In this document: one piece after another, positions 40,058 through 53,100 of the stretch | Position numbering within the stretch: position 1 is the stretch's first letter | How the letters are laid out: the number at the start of each line of letters is the position of its first letter | Source: Paragordius varius | Lineage: Eukaryota; Animalia; Nematomorpha | NCBI GenBank assembly: GCA_964247055.1 | Contig: OZ176050.1 | Coordinates: 11,036,001-11,100,000 of the forward strand | Length of the DNA: 64,000 nt | Direction: 5' to 3' | The notes under the pieces: model-generated | Told to the model about the DNA's origin: nothing | The model's input: only the letters and a program-made list of their open reading frames with translations | The model's database searches: none | Program-made: the position numbers and the translations under genes

Positions 40058-41307
40058 CACTGTAAAATTTTAACGAAATTTTTTTTTTCATGAGATAGCT
40101 TATGACCAGCGTATTTATTCATTTGCGGCAAAAATATTTTGTTGACCACCTAGTTTTTAAAATATTGAGAGAAAATCGAAATCGGGCAAAAAGTGAAAAT
40201 TAAGGATAATTAAGGATAATTGAAAAAATAATGATAAAATCTGAAATATTATCGTTTATTATCATTTTAGGAAATATTTACAATATATACTAAAATCATA
40301 TAGTTCGGGTTTCTATAAAATTTCAGGTCAAAAGATGGCGTTTTTCTTTTATCACACTTAAAAGACAAAATAAATTTAATGAAACTATATTAAAATAATT
40401 TTTTTTAATTATTTACTACCTAAATTCACTATTAAAATTTTAACATTCATATTTTATTCAGTATAATAAACTTCTAAATCAAAATAAAACCAAAAATATT
40501 GTTTTTAATTTTTGCATTTTTTTGTCATCTGGTTTATGAGTGTATAATAAATTTAATCTGTTTTATTTTGGATTCTCACATGATTAGGAATCATTAAGTA
40601 TGTAATTTATGCACAATAGGATTGAAAATTAGTGGAATAACCAATAATCCGTACAAATCCCAATACAAATATTAATTTGTCATAAAACAGACTTGTTAGA
40701 GGAAATTGTAAGGATTTTTTGGTTGATATTCCACTACTTTTTAATCTTATTTTGCATATACTTAATAATTCCTTATCTGTGAGAATCCAAAATAAAACAG
40801 TATACATTTTTTATACCTTCATAAACCAGATGACAAAAAAATGCAAAAATAAAAACAATATTTTTTGTTTTATTTTGATTTAGAAGTTTATTTTACTGAA
40901 TAAAATATGAATGTTAAAATTTTAATAATTAATTTAGGTAGTAAATAATTAAAAAAAAATATTTTAATATAGTTTCATTAAATTTATTTTGTCTTTTAAA
41001 TGTAATAAAAGAAAAACGCCATCTTTTGACCTGAAATTTTATAACCTTAACTATATGAATTTAGGCTATTTATATATTGAAAATATCTCCTAAAATGATA
41101 ATAAACATAATATTTCAGATTTTATCATTATTTTTTGAATTATCCTTAATTTTCACTTTTTGCCCGATTTCGAATTTCTCTCAATATTTCAAAAACTAGG
41201 TTATCAACAAATAAAAATTTTTGCGGCAAATGAATACGCTGGTCATAAGCTATCTCATGAAAAAAAAATTTTTTTGTTAAATCAAAATGATTCTTTTTTT
41301 GCACATA

Positions 41308-41310
<3 letters not shown>
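40058..41310. mobile_element. Fold-back MITE family A, most complete copy (~1.25 kb imperfect palindrome)
   Basis: TA|CACTGT.. to ..GCACATAGTG|TA. Arms pair from CATGAGATAGCTTATGACCAGCG at the ends to CTGTTTTATTTTGGATTCTCACA / TGTGAGAATCCAAAATAAAACAG near the centre. Confidence 0.8.

Positions 41311-41353
<43 letters not shown>
41311..41353. repeat. (TA)n microsatellite at the MITE end
   Basis: About 21 TA units. Confidence 0.95.
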
Positions 41354-41355
<2 letters not shown>

Positions 41356-41413
41356 TTTATTAATCATACTAAATTACATTAACACACCTAACATAAAGGC
41401 ATTTATTTATATA

Positions 41414-41672
41414 TGTAGATCTAACATGAAACCCAACCTCCAATGTGTCTCTCCGCTCTGAAGCTTCAAGCGTAACGGGTGGGCAGGGAATGCCTTGACG
41501 GCAGGTGGCCGGCGATCTTTCGACGCCACACCCTTTATTTGTTTATAAGAGTTGTTTTTCGCCGTACTCCTTTAAGAAATAAACTGCATTAGTGCTGAGG
41601 TGACTTGTATGCTTTTTGAGATTTGGTATTTTTTTCGATTGGTATTTTGCTGGATGTTTGCAGTAATTATCA
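41414..41672. other. GC-rich island, possible solo LTR
   Basis: TG...CA with TATA on both sides and an internal AATAAA (~41578). TATA is common by chance in this window. Confidence 0.25.
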
Positions 41673-42574
41673 TATATTAAATTTTTTTTGCATAATATCT
41701 GAGATTATTTTAAAAACACAAGCTCATTTTAACGGATTTTATGATTGTGAGATTTCTTGGAACTATGAATTTAAATCAACTCTCTTCTGTTAACCTCAAC
41801 ACACGTTGAAACCAGGTTAGCAATTATATATATATATATATATAGAAGATGGTATCGATCAGGTTTTTGTTTTAAAATTCAATATTTTGATAATTTTTTA
41901 TATAAACACTGATCTAATTATTTTATTTTTAAATATTTTATGAGTTATAAAACTTACTATCACATAAACATTTGGACGATTGCAGCACATTTAAATTCTT
42001 TGGATTCAGTTATTTGTTTTAATTCCTTTTATACGAATGCTGTTAAATTTCATTCTTGAAATATAACCTAATTGATATTGACCCAACGAAGACCATGATC
42101 GCAGACGTTAATTGGTTTTAATGCATGTTGGAGAAATTAAATTAATTCATGTAAATATCCAACAAACTAATGTGACCAATTGGTATCTGAGATCGTTACA
42201 CACCGACATTGCTGAAACGGAGATTGATTTCTGATTTCGCTAGTGCGTTATAACGAACAAAAGGGTTAGTTTGAGTCAGTTCATCTTATACGGAAATGAG
42301 ATGTGACAATTTCAAGACAGTTAACAGAACGATAGTAATGCAATCAATGTATTTCAATATATACTTTACATTATTGGTACTAACTAAAAAATTTTGAAGG
42401 GTCGAATAAAATATTTTTCTTGTTCGACAAAATTTGTATAGCTCTTTAACACATATATTTAAAACATAAAAATGTATAATTCAGGGCTATAAAAAAGTGT
42501 TTTTAGGGCTGAATGAGGCTGCGCCGCGCTTTAAGTATCACTGCTTTACACAGGTATTGGATAAGCACCGTACT

Positions 42575-42800
42575 ATTTCAAAAGTAATGGGATGATACAA
42601 AAGTTAATGTGAATGCTTTATATTGATTTTTAAAAAGGACTCAGGACTATCATCTATCATAAAATGAAAAAAATTCTAGATGCATGTCAAAAATAAATAA
42701 ACGAGAAATGGGAAATAAAGTCAGAATGGCTAGATATTTAGGTAATAAACAGGACTCGTTCAAAGTGTAAGTAGCAAAATATTGTTAAAGAAACACGCTA
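42575..42800 (+). pseudogene. Degenerate CR1/Jockey-like reverse transcriptase fragment
   Basis: WDDTKVNV..LYIDF(K)K-like motif followed by decayed 'KL...GI.G....W' region; many stops. Confidence 0.35.
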
Positions 42801-43263
42801 ATAAGACTATCTACTAGCACAACCAGTCAATAGCAACAAAAATTCTCAAAAAACCTCATCTTAAATTTTTTCGCCACAGTTTTCGGATTTTTTACTAACT
42901 GAAAATACTGGCATATATAAATTTTTTTATTGAAATTTAATTCTAAATGTATTTAATTAATTTTAACAGTAGAAAACTGTTAAAATAAAGATAAGTAATA
43001 TATAATGATGATGAATTGGTTGTGCGTCGTTGACGTTGAGTTAATTTCATTCATTCTTGTCTATTTTAAGTCATTTGTACGAGCTTGTGTGGACGATGAG
43101 TTTGTGAACTTAAAGATGTCATCACACCAGCGCAGATAATAAAACTTTAGACAAATACTTTATAATATAATAATTTTATAAAATTTATGCACATATTTTA
43201 TAATATATGTAAATAAATATAGCTTACATACATTTGAGACAATGAAGAAAAAATTATGCCAAA

Positions 43264-44073
43264 TTAGGAACACAGGGTAGATGGTGGTGGACATAAAGGT
43301 ATTTTGCCCAATTTAAAATTGTCTGCTTTAAACTCATTTAAATCAGATTCAGATATATTTAAGGGGTTAGTATAATGTTTTGAAACATTTGATTCTGAAG
43401 CAGTGAAAGTTGTATCATTGGGCTTAAATGAGAATGACACTTCCTCAGTTTCTGTCGCTTCAGGTCCATTAATAACTGATGATGCAAACATTTGTTTAAA
43501 GAATTGTAATAATAAATTATCAGTTTTGAGACTATTATTACTTTGGTAAATGTAATGCTGCAGGTAAAAAATACATATTTACTAATTTTTGAATAACCGT
43601 ATCGTTCATGTCTACAAACATGGACATATTATTATAAATTTTATCAATATGATTTTGCAAATATTTCATAACAATGTTGTATTGATTATGGTCACAATTC
43701 ATTAAATAATATCGATATTCATCGCTAGACACATCATCAAAATCTTAAAATTATATCAAAAAAACCTGGAAGTAATATATTACAAACTGAAAAACATGTC
43801 AGTTGCCAATACATTTGACAATTAAGAAAATCTAATGCCGCTTGATATAAAGAATCCCTAAAATTATTAATATTTTTACAAAAAATAATCAAATCCTTGG
43901 TAATCCCTTTATATTAAAATTTTTTAACTGTATATGATGGTTTTCATTTAAAGGAGGATACCCTAGTATGTTAAGAAATAGAAACCATGCGGTAAAGAAT
44001 GTAAATTGCGACATTTATCCCCAAATCTACATTCCCCCCGTTCGAAAAATCGGCATATGGTACGACCGCTCAT
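43264..44073 (-). CDS. NUP42: Nucleoporin NUP42 (NUPL2/hCG1/Amo1-like), 6 exons, 231 aa
   Basis: Exons 44073-43986, 43962-43929, 43906-43880, 43857-43766, 43743-43583, 43557-43264 splice in frame (696 nt). N-terminal CCCH finger CRFFERGECRFGDKCRNLH, central YWQLTCFS..LPDFDDVSSDEYR, C-terminal Gle1-binding-type motif YTNPLNISESDLNEFKADNFKLGKIPLCPPP. Confidence 0.88.
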
Positions 44074-44183
44074 TAAAATGTTATTTTATAGTATATTGTC
44101 ATCTGTTTAAAATCCTCGAAATTCAAATCAAGTTCAAGCGACGCTTATGACTTTATTTTTATTATAATTATCATTACTGCTGA
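44074..44183. promoter_or_regulatory. Putative bidirectional promoter/5' UTR region shared by NUP42 and the SLC12 gene
   Basis: 110 bp between two divergent ATGs; contains the dyad AAGCG-A-CGCTT (44136-44146). Confidence 0.55.
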
Positions 44184-47100
44184 ATGGAAGGAAAGCTTCC
44201 AAGAACCGATTCTCGTTTTCAAATAAATAAGATTGATGAACCAGCAGCGGAAAAGAGTCGCGTAAAAATATTGGATGATCCCCAAATTCAAAATTATGAC
44301 AATTTTTCTTACGTTGGTGAAGATCATACCATATCAGAAGAAGACATAACAGAAAATCGTCGTGTTTCATTCCATGAAACGTTGCCCAAAGTCGAACATT
44401 ATAAAAATTCTATTGATTTGGAGCGATTGGGTAAAAGGCCTAGTTTAACTGACTTACATGAAGTCGGAGATAAGGCCTTTTTACAGGTAAACATATAGTT
44501 TTTATTTAAATTTTTGATTTTAACAATTTCTAACATGGATAATTGGTTTAGCGTGCTAGACCTAGTTATGATGTGTTACCCATTGTGGCGACTGAAGATG
44601 TGAGAGGCATTTCGAAAGGTGCTAAATTTGGTTGGATAAAAGGCGTCATGGTAATATAATTTATACAAACACTAATTATATTTTTAAATATCCTAAACTT
44701 TTTTTAGAAAAAAATAATTTATTGACCCTATTTTCAACATAACAGGTAAGATGTTCATTAAATATTTGGGGAGTTATGCTATTTTTACGTCTTTCTTGGA
44801 TTGTTGGACAAGCCGGCATAGGTATGTTTTATTTAACATTGTATTTACACAATAATACTTTTATCACCCATATTTATTTGTACAAATTATTGTTATGATT
44901 GTTTGGGCCAAATAATCGCTTGATAGATAAGGTTTACTTACGCAAAAGTGTATAGTATTAATTTATTCTGTTGCAATAAATTAAGAAAAGATATAGATTA
45001 ATAGCGGAGGAATGTTAAATTTACGACAATAATAAATTTTATACCATAAGGTAGTGTTTATATATATATATATATAATATACATATTGTTTAAAGGTAAA
45101 TTACATTTTATTTGTTTATTAAAATTAGTTAGTTGTGTAACAATTCAATAATCTAAGCTAAAATTATTGGCCCAAATTTGGTATAATACATATTGTATCT
45201 CTGCTTAATTTGTTTCTTTTTACAAATACGAATTTACACATGGTACAAATAAAAATATGATTATAAAATTTTTTGTCAATTTTTCATAAATATTTTTTAT
45301 GTAATATAATATGCATGCACATTATTATATATGATTTTTTTGTAACATTTTGGGAAATACATTTATTATGATATTGGAGAAATATTATGTATGTTGTTCT
45401 CAATCAATAAAATTCTTATTTGTTTTAATGCAATTTTTCTATAATCCTGCATTATTATTACTAGTGTGTTTTTAAATTTTTTTAAATATGTGTTGTGTTA
45501 TGTTATCGTAGGTTAAATCTACAAATTTAAGGGTACCATATTTTTCGATAATTTCGTTTTTTGATCAACAAAATGCAATTTAAAAAATTTGGAAAATATA
45601 CGTAATTTGATAAGTTATTGGCATTGAAATGCATTGAAAAACATATTTATGGGGGTTAAGTATGGATTTCCTTTCAATTTGCCGGCTTTTAATTTTTAAT
45701 TGTTATCCCAATATGTAATATTTTTGTAATTTGATAAAATTTATAGCTTTTGTTAAAATTCAAAAGTATGAAAGTGATTTCACCTGTTACATATTATATT
45801 TTCGTAGTATTATATTGGTTAATATCCAGGTTAAGTGTTTCTTTTAAAAAAATAACTTTGGTTGAGTCCCACCGCATCAAAAAACCAGTGAAAAAATTTT
45901 GTATATCATATAATAGCTTTAAATTGAAAGGGTATATACTATTTAATTTTTATAATAATATGAGTCTTTTAATATAAAATTTTGTTTAATTGTATCCATT
46001 TGTTAACGCAATTATAGTTGCGGATTGATGGATGATTTTTTTAAACTTTTCTGAATGTAATACAATATATGTATGTCATTTCAGGGATATCATGCGTTTT
46101 ACTGTCGTTTTATATATTTTTAATCTATTTAGGTTGCCGCCCTTTCCTATTTTTTACTTTACGATTCCATTTAAGCATTGTATTAGCCATACTTTTAATG
46201 TGTTTAATATGCCCATAAAAGCGTACTCTAAAGGTATGTCCATCTTGTTTTGCAGTAATAGCATTACAGTTTATTCTATCTCTAAGATTAATAATAATTA
46301 ATCTTGCATTGGCCATAATTAACCATTTTTGCGTTTGTTTTGTTACCTGATTGCTGGTCTAATTACCGTCTTGTATATTCTACCTTCTCCAGCAACCTTA
46401 TTATTAAAAACAATAATTTGTTAATAAATTATAGTTTAATTAATATTTGCATTTGTGATACATTAATTGAATATTTGTGTTAATTGACTAGTTACTATTT
46501 TACTTGAATTAACATTATTAATTTATTAAGCACTTCCTTCTTAATATTAAAAAGTCATTATGCGATGATATAGCAATCAAAAGTTTTACAAGTATTTCGC
46601 ATACATATGAGCCTAAAATTTATTTTTGTAATCATTATAATTTTTGCTGTAAGCTTGAAATTTAATATTAAAAAATTTAATATTCACCTTACCTAATTGA
46701 TTTTTATCAATTTAACAAAACAAAATGATATTATTTTGAAAGGAACTTTAATTTAGAAATATGCACGAACTCGTCAAGCCGATTTTATAACACTTCCTTT
46801 TTATAGATGCATTTTTTTAACCAGAATTTCATTTAATATTTCCAAATTTGGTACCATTTCAGAAAAGTTTTTTCTTGAATCGGTTACTCGGTGATTGATT
46901 AAAAAGATTAGCGGTTAAGCAGTTTAAAACGAAATTTAAAACCAAAATATGCAACGCGTATTTTAAAAATTGCTAGAAATATATAATTTTCTCGATCAAA
47001 TTTATACGTTTGTCTTCACGAAGTTTTTAAAATATTTTTACTTTGAAAATTATAGCATTAAGTTAATTATCATAGTTTATCCAAAACATTTTACCATTTT

Positions 47101-50100
47101 TATAAAATTGTTAATATTTTAAACTGAATCAAAATTATGAAATCTTTATATTGTTACCAAAAAAATATTTAAATTTTTACTAGTTATTGAAGCAAACTAG
47201 TTAAATTTATTTCATGCATAAATTAAAATTGATCATATTCAACCTTGTTTATGTTATGGTAAAATACATCTTAATATGTATCAAACTCTTTATATCAATT
47301 ACAAATCGTATTTTGTCCAACAATAGTAATGAGCCAAAAAGATTTTAAACTATTTAATTAATATATATATGGGTACTTTATTATTATGATTTAATAATAA
47401 ATATAGCTTATGCATCTTTGATTGTACTCCTATCGATAACGGTTACAATGATAACGGCAATGTCAATGTCAGCCATTTGCACAAATGGCGAAATCAAAGG
47501 AGGTAAAAATTTATGAGCAAATTTAAAGTTATTGCTAAACTAATCATATGTGTGGTATTGGAGTTTAAAAATTAACTGTTTATTTAGTTAATATGGATAT
47601 TTTTGATACATTTCATAAATAAATACTATTTATGAATTAAAAGTTCAAAAGCATATACTAATCAAACTAAATAAATTGGTTCTTTTTCAATTATTATTAT
47701 ATACGTTAAGGTGGAGCTTATTTCATGATATCTCGGAGCCTGGGACCAGAGTATGGTGGTGCGATAGGTATCATATTTTGTTTGGCAAATGCCATTGCTG
47801 TATCAATGAATGTTGTAGGATTGGCCGAAACTGTTGTTGATCTCATTAAAGTAATAATTACATTATATTATTTTATCAAAAGCTTGTCATTAATATATTG
47901 CGTTCATTTTTAGTATTTGTAATAGAACGAACTGGGAATTTACCATTTTTTGTATTACAATGTGTCCTTGATATTCGTTTTTACCAAATTTGTTGATTTT
48001 CGGCATGTAAAAAATATATATGCTTATGAGGTTTAAGCATAATTACAGGTAATGTCTATTTTTGTGCCGTCTATTTTGCGTTCAGTCATTTTTAATTCTC
48101 ATTTGTTGGAAATGAGTTTTTATGGCTCTTTTTTGTGCAAAGCAATTTATGGGAAATAGGGGCAACTAATTCTTTGCTAATAATAATATTTTGATTTATA
48201 AAATTCTGTCGATTAATGTATGAAAACTTATTTTAGAGATCATCTGAAGGTATGTATGGTATAAGTCCTATCAATTGGGTTCGAATCGTAGGCGTAGTGT
48301 GTATTATCTTTTTACTTTTGGTCGCATTGGCTGGCATGGAATGGGAATCAAAGGTTTTCTTAACAATTTTTTTATACGGTTAATAAAATTTAATTATATA
48401 TATACCATTTACAATTCAAATTCACCCTTGAACAATTTAAATTCACCCTCGAACAATTCAAATTCACCCTTGATTAAAATATATGTTTTTCAATATTACC
48501 TCTATATTATTATATTTTTAAAAAATAAAAATTTTGAATCAAATTAAACTAATACTAAAAAAAATAATAAACTATGACATAAAGATATATTTCATATTAA
48601 AAATGAGTTATATTAGTTCGAAAACACACAATTTATTTTTAGGGTGAATTCGAATTGTTCAAGGGTGAATTTGAACTGTAAATGATATATATATATATAT
48701 ATATGTGGCAGAAATTTAAGATTATATTTTATATATTCAAATTTGCAAACTATTTTATATATGCGATAAAGATTAAGATAAGTTTCCCTGATTTTTGAAC
48801 ATAGCATAAATAAATTAAATAAATAAGAATTTTCTACCCAAAAACAACGTTTTTAATTACAAATTAATCGATTTTATATAATTTTATGATGAATGAAATA
48901 TATTGCAAAACATTGCAATCTAATTATTGTGGAATTTTATTGAATTTTATTATTTTAGGCGCAAATCGTATTCCTCCTAATCTTATTGGTCTCATTCGTA
49001 AACTATTTCATTGGAAGCTTAATGAATCCCAGTATTGTCAAAAAGGCCCGAGGTTTTGCTGGATATAAAGGTAAGCATTTGTTTTTTCTTTAATTTTATC
49101 AATATATTATAAATTTATACGTATAATTTTGTTAGGGTATCTCTTTCGAGAAAATTTTGTACCAGATTTTCGTGGCGAATCATTTTTTTCTGTATTCGCT
49201 ATATATTTCCCATCGGCAACAGGGATATTAGCTGGTGCTAACATATCAGGCGATTTAAAAGTAAGTTATGGTTTTTGACTTTTTTATCTTAAAAATTAAA
49301 ATTTTTTGATAAGCATTAAATAGCGATTAGAGTCCTGTCTTTTAATAAAAATTAAGCAAAAAATAGTTTAAAGATAATATTTTTTCGGTTTAAAACCATC
49401 TTTTAATAAATATAACCATTGTGGTAACAAATGCTAAATAGATATAAATTAAAAAAAATGTATGAGTGGAAAATGCTTTTTATGGTTCAAATATTATATA
49501 AAATTGTTTTTAAATGTATAAAAACTGCTTTAAATAAACTATTGTTTATCTCTAAGTTAAAAGTATTACTTTTTGCATTTATATATGGGTATAAAGGTTT
49601 AACTTTGATAGTTGAATTTTTATTCGATCAATTTTTGTGTTAATTGTTCATTTTTCACCCACGTAACATATATATAATTAGGATGCTCAAAAAGCTATCC
49701 CTAAGGGAACCTTTACAGCTATTATTGTCACCGCTATAAGTTATTGGGCCATGATTTGGTCCATTGGGACTTGTGGTATACGAGCTACGACTGGTTTAGT
49801 TCAAGATGTGATTTTATCACAACAGAGGGGCATTCCTTTTTATCAGAAGGGAAGTCCCCTCAGAGCCTGTAATGAAACATTGTCACACTCCTCCTGTAAA
49901 TATGGACTCCTTAATGATTATCATGTAATGAATTTTATTGTATTTTATTTTATGTTTTTTTTTAATTTGATAATTTTTATCGATGATAAAGAACACATTT
50001 CTCTTATTGATGTTATGAGAAAATCTTTTAATAGAAGTAAAATTCATTAAACATTAATATAGTGGGAGTCATATTTAAATAGGAGGGCAAGATTTTTCGA

Positions 50101-53100
50101 TAATTACTGTCAGTCCAGTGTGGATTTTAGAGTTATTAATACAAAAGACTTGCCCTACTTAAAAATATGTTAAAAAGTGAAACACACAATATCATATTTA
50201 TTAATATAAACAATTTATCTTTTAGTTTGTTGAATTGGCTAGTGGTTTAGGTCCAATCATATCAGCAGGCATATTTTCTGCTACTCTTTCATCCGCAATG
50301 GCTTGCTTAGTCGGAGCATCTAAAGTTTTTCAGGTATAAGATATTTAATAACTGTTTTGAAAAAATTAGTTTTGATATAAATATTTTGCCTTTTACGCAA
50401 TCTTATTATAATTTTTGGATAAGTATGTAAAATTTTGAGATTTTAGGCATTATGTCGTGATAAACTATATCCCGGTCTTCATATGTTTGCTTATGGCACA
50501 AAGAAAAACGATGATCCCGTAAAGGCCTATTTCCTTACCTTCATCATTGCCATCCTTTTTGTTATAATAGGTTTAGTATAATAATTATTAATTAAATTTT
50601 TGAGATTTAACTGTAACTTTGTTGCACGAAAAAGGGCCCTCTATATTTTAAATCATGTATGCGCGCTAATATATTAACCTATTTATATCTATCCATTGAT
50701 ATAATATACCATTTACAATTCAAACCCTTGAACAATTCAAATTCACCCTAAAAATAAATTATGTGTTTTCGTGATAATATAACTCAAAATTAATATGAAA
50801 AATATTTTTACGACATACTTTATTGTTTTTTCAGCATTATATTAATTTTAGACAAAATGTTATTTTAAAAATATTATAAATGGTAATTTTTAATCTAAAA
50901 AAATTTATTTTAGGATGAATTTGAACTGTAAATTGTATATATGGACATATTGTTTAGGTGATTTAAACCTGATAGCTCCCATTATATCGAATTTCTTTTT
51001 AATGGCCTACGCATTAATCAATTATTCTTGTTTCCATGCATCCCGTTCCAAATCTATTGGTAAGCAAATAATTTATTGTTAAGTTTTAGTAAATTTTTTG
51101 TTAAAATATATATTTAGTCAATTCCAAATTCTCTATATTTAACAAAGTGTTTGCCATAACTATTTTTTCAGGTTTTAGGCCAGGATTCAAATATTACAAT
51201 TATTGGATTAGTTTGATTGGAAGTTTATTGTGTTTGGCCGCTATGTTCCTTATCAAATGGTGGGCGGCTTTAGTTACATTGATTGCAGTATTATTTCTCT
51301 ACCTCTATATCAGTATCACAAAACCAAGTTTATTTTATTTTTATATATAAAAAATAATAAATTTTTTTATAAATCTTTAAAAATCTATTTAATGGTTAGA
51401 TGTAAATTGGGGATCATCAACCCAAGCGAAGATATATAAAGATGCACTTGATTCCGTTATGCAATTAAATCAAACCGAGGAACATGTTAAAAATTATAGG
51501 TATGAATTAAAAGAATATATGATTGTTAATAAGGATAAGACACTTATCAATTACTTGGATATATGTAAAATATTTTATAGCCATCTTAAAAAATAATATA
51601 TGGAAAATATTAATTTAAAAAGGATCTCTTTTATTTTTTATTGCCGTAACAACTACTATTTATTGTTACATACTCATTGCTTATTCATTAACAGTATGCA
51701 TTTTAATGGTTGCTTATTTCACACTATAGTTGGGCAAAAATAATAGAAAAAAATTGTTTAATCACATTTTGTTGTTTTTTCCATTACACTACTGTGTTGC
51801 AAATAGACCAACTATAGTGTGAAATAAGCAATCATTAAAATGCATACTGTAATATATACATTATTTATTTTTATCATAACGGAAATTTTTTTACCATATT
51901 TATCATAATATTATGAGTCAATTTACATTTTAACATAAATAAAAATTAATCTTGTTTTTTAAATGCAGGCCTCAAATATTGGTACTTTGTGGAGATCCTA
52001 GAACCCGTCCATCCTTACTTGACTTCGTTAATCTTTTTACTAAAAATATTAGCCTTTTAATTTGTGGAAACATATTTATAAAGGTAATCTAACAAAAAGG
52101 GCCAAATTCCAAAAATTTTTTTTTTAAAACAATGACATAGCATGGTTGGGTGTGAAGTTATACTATATATTATTTTGATGATAATTTAAATGTTGTCTGG
52201 TTTTTTTTATAAATAGGACATTAATGGTTTATATATACAATTTACACTTCAAATTTACCCTAAAATTAAATTATGTGTTCGAACTAATATAACTCATAAT
52301 TGGGATGAAATATATCTTTATGGTAATTTATTACTTTTTTAGTAATAAATTTAAACAAAATTTCATTTTAAAATCATAAAAAATTAGGCCAATTTTAATC
52401 CTGAAAAACATATAATTTATTTTAGGGTGAATTTGAATTGGTAAAGGGTGAATGATATGGTAAATATTTGAAATAAAAGTAATTAACAACCCTTTGTATA
52501 ATTTGAAACACAAATAACTTAATATTATTAATTTTTATTTGAAATAATTTTGAAGTTATTAATTTAAATGGGCTATAACACAGACACACACACACACACA
52601 TAGCAAAAAAGAAGGTCATTTTGATTTAACGAAAATTTTTTTTTATCATGAGATAGCTTATGACCAGCGTATTCATTTGCCGCAAAAATTTTTATTTTTA
52701 TTTTTTGACAACCTAGTTTTTGAAATATTGAGTGAAAATCCAAATCGGGCAAAAAGTGAAAATTAAGGATACTTCAAAAAATAATGATAAATCTGAATTA
52801 TTATCGTTTATTATCATTTTAGGAGTTATTTTCAATATATAAATAGCCTAAAATCATATAGTTAGGGTTTCTATAAAATTTCAGGTCAAAAGATGGCGTT
52901 TTTCTTTTATCACACCTAAATGCAAAAAAAAACAATATTTTTGGTTTTATTTTGATATAAAAGTTTGTTTTCCTGAATAAAATATGAATGTTAAGATTTT
53001 TATAGTGAGTTTAGGTAGTAAATAATTAAAAAAAATATTTTAATATAGTTTCATTAAACTTATTTTGTCATTTAAGTGTGTTAAAAGAAAAACGCCATCT

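Noticed and set aside
41440-41560. HDV-like ribozyme on the minus strand
   Set aside because: L3 would be only 5 nt, P1 and P2 contain mismatches, and the J4/2 catalytic C context is not canonical.
4700-43200. Numerous 60-100 aa F/I/K/L/N/Y-rich ORFs in the supplied track
   Set aside because: Composition is that expected from random AT-rich DNA or MITEs, with no motifs or splice-consistent context, except those used in the M13-like model and transposase relics.
48403-48480. Short direct repeats resembling a CRISPR array (also the repeats at 19441-19560 and 29.2-30.3 kb)
   Set aside because: Units are adjacent without unique spacers, lie inside TIR- or Helitron-bounded elements, and there are no cas genes; the DNA is eukaryotic.
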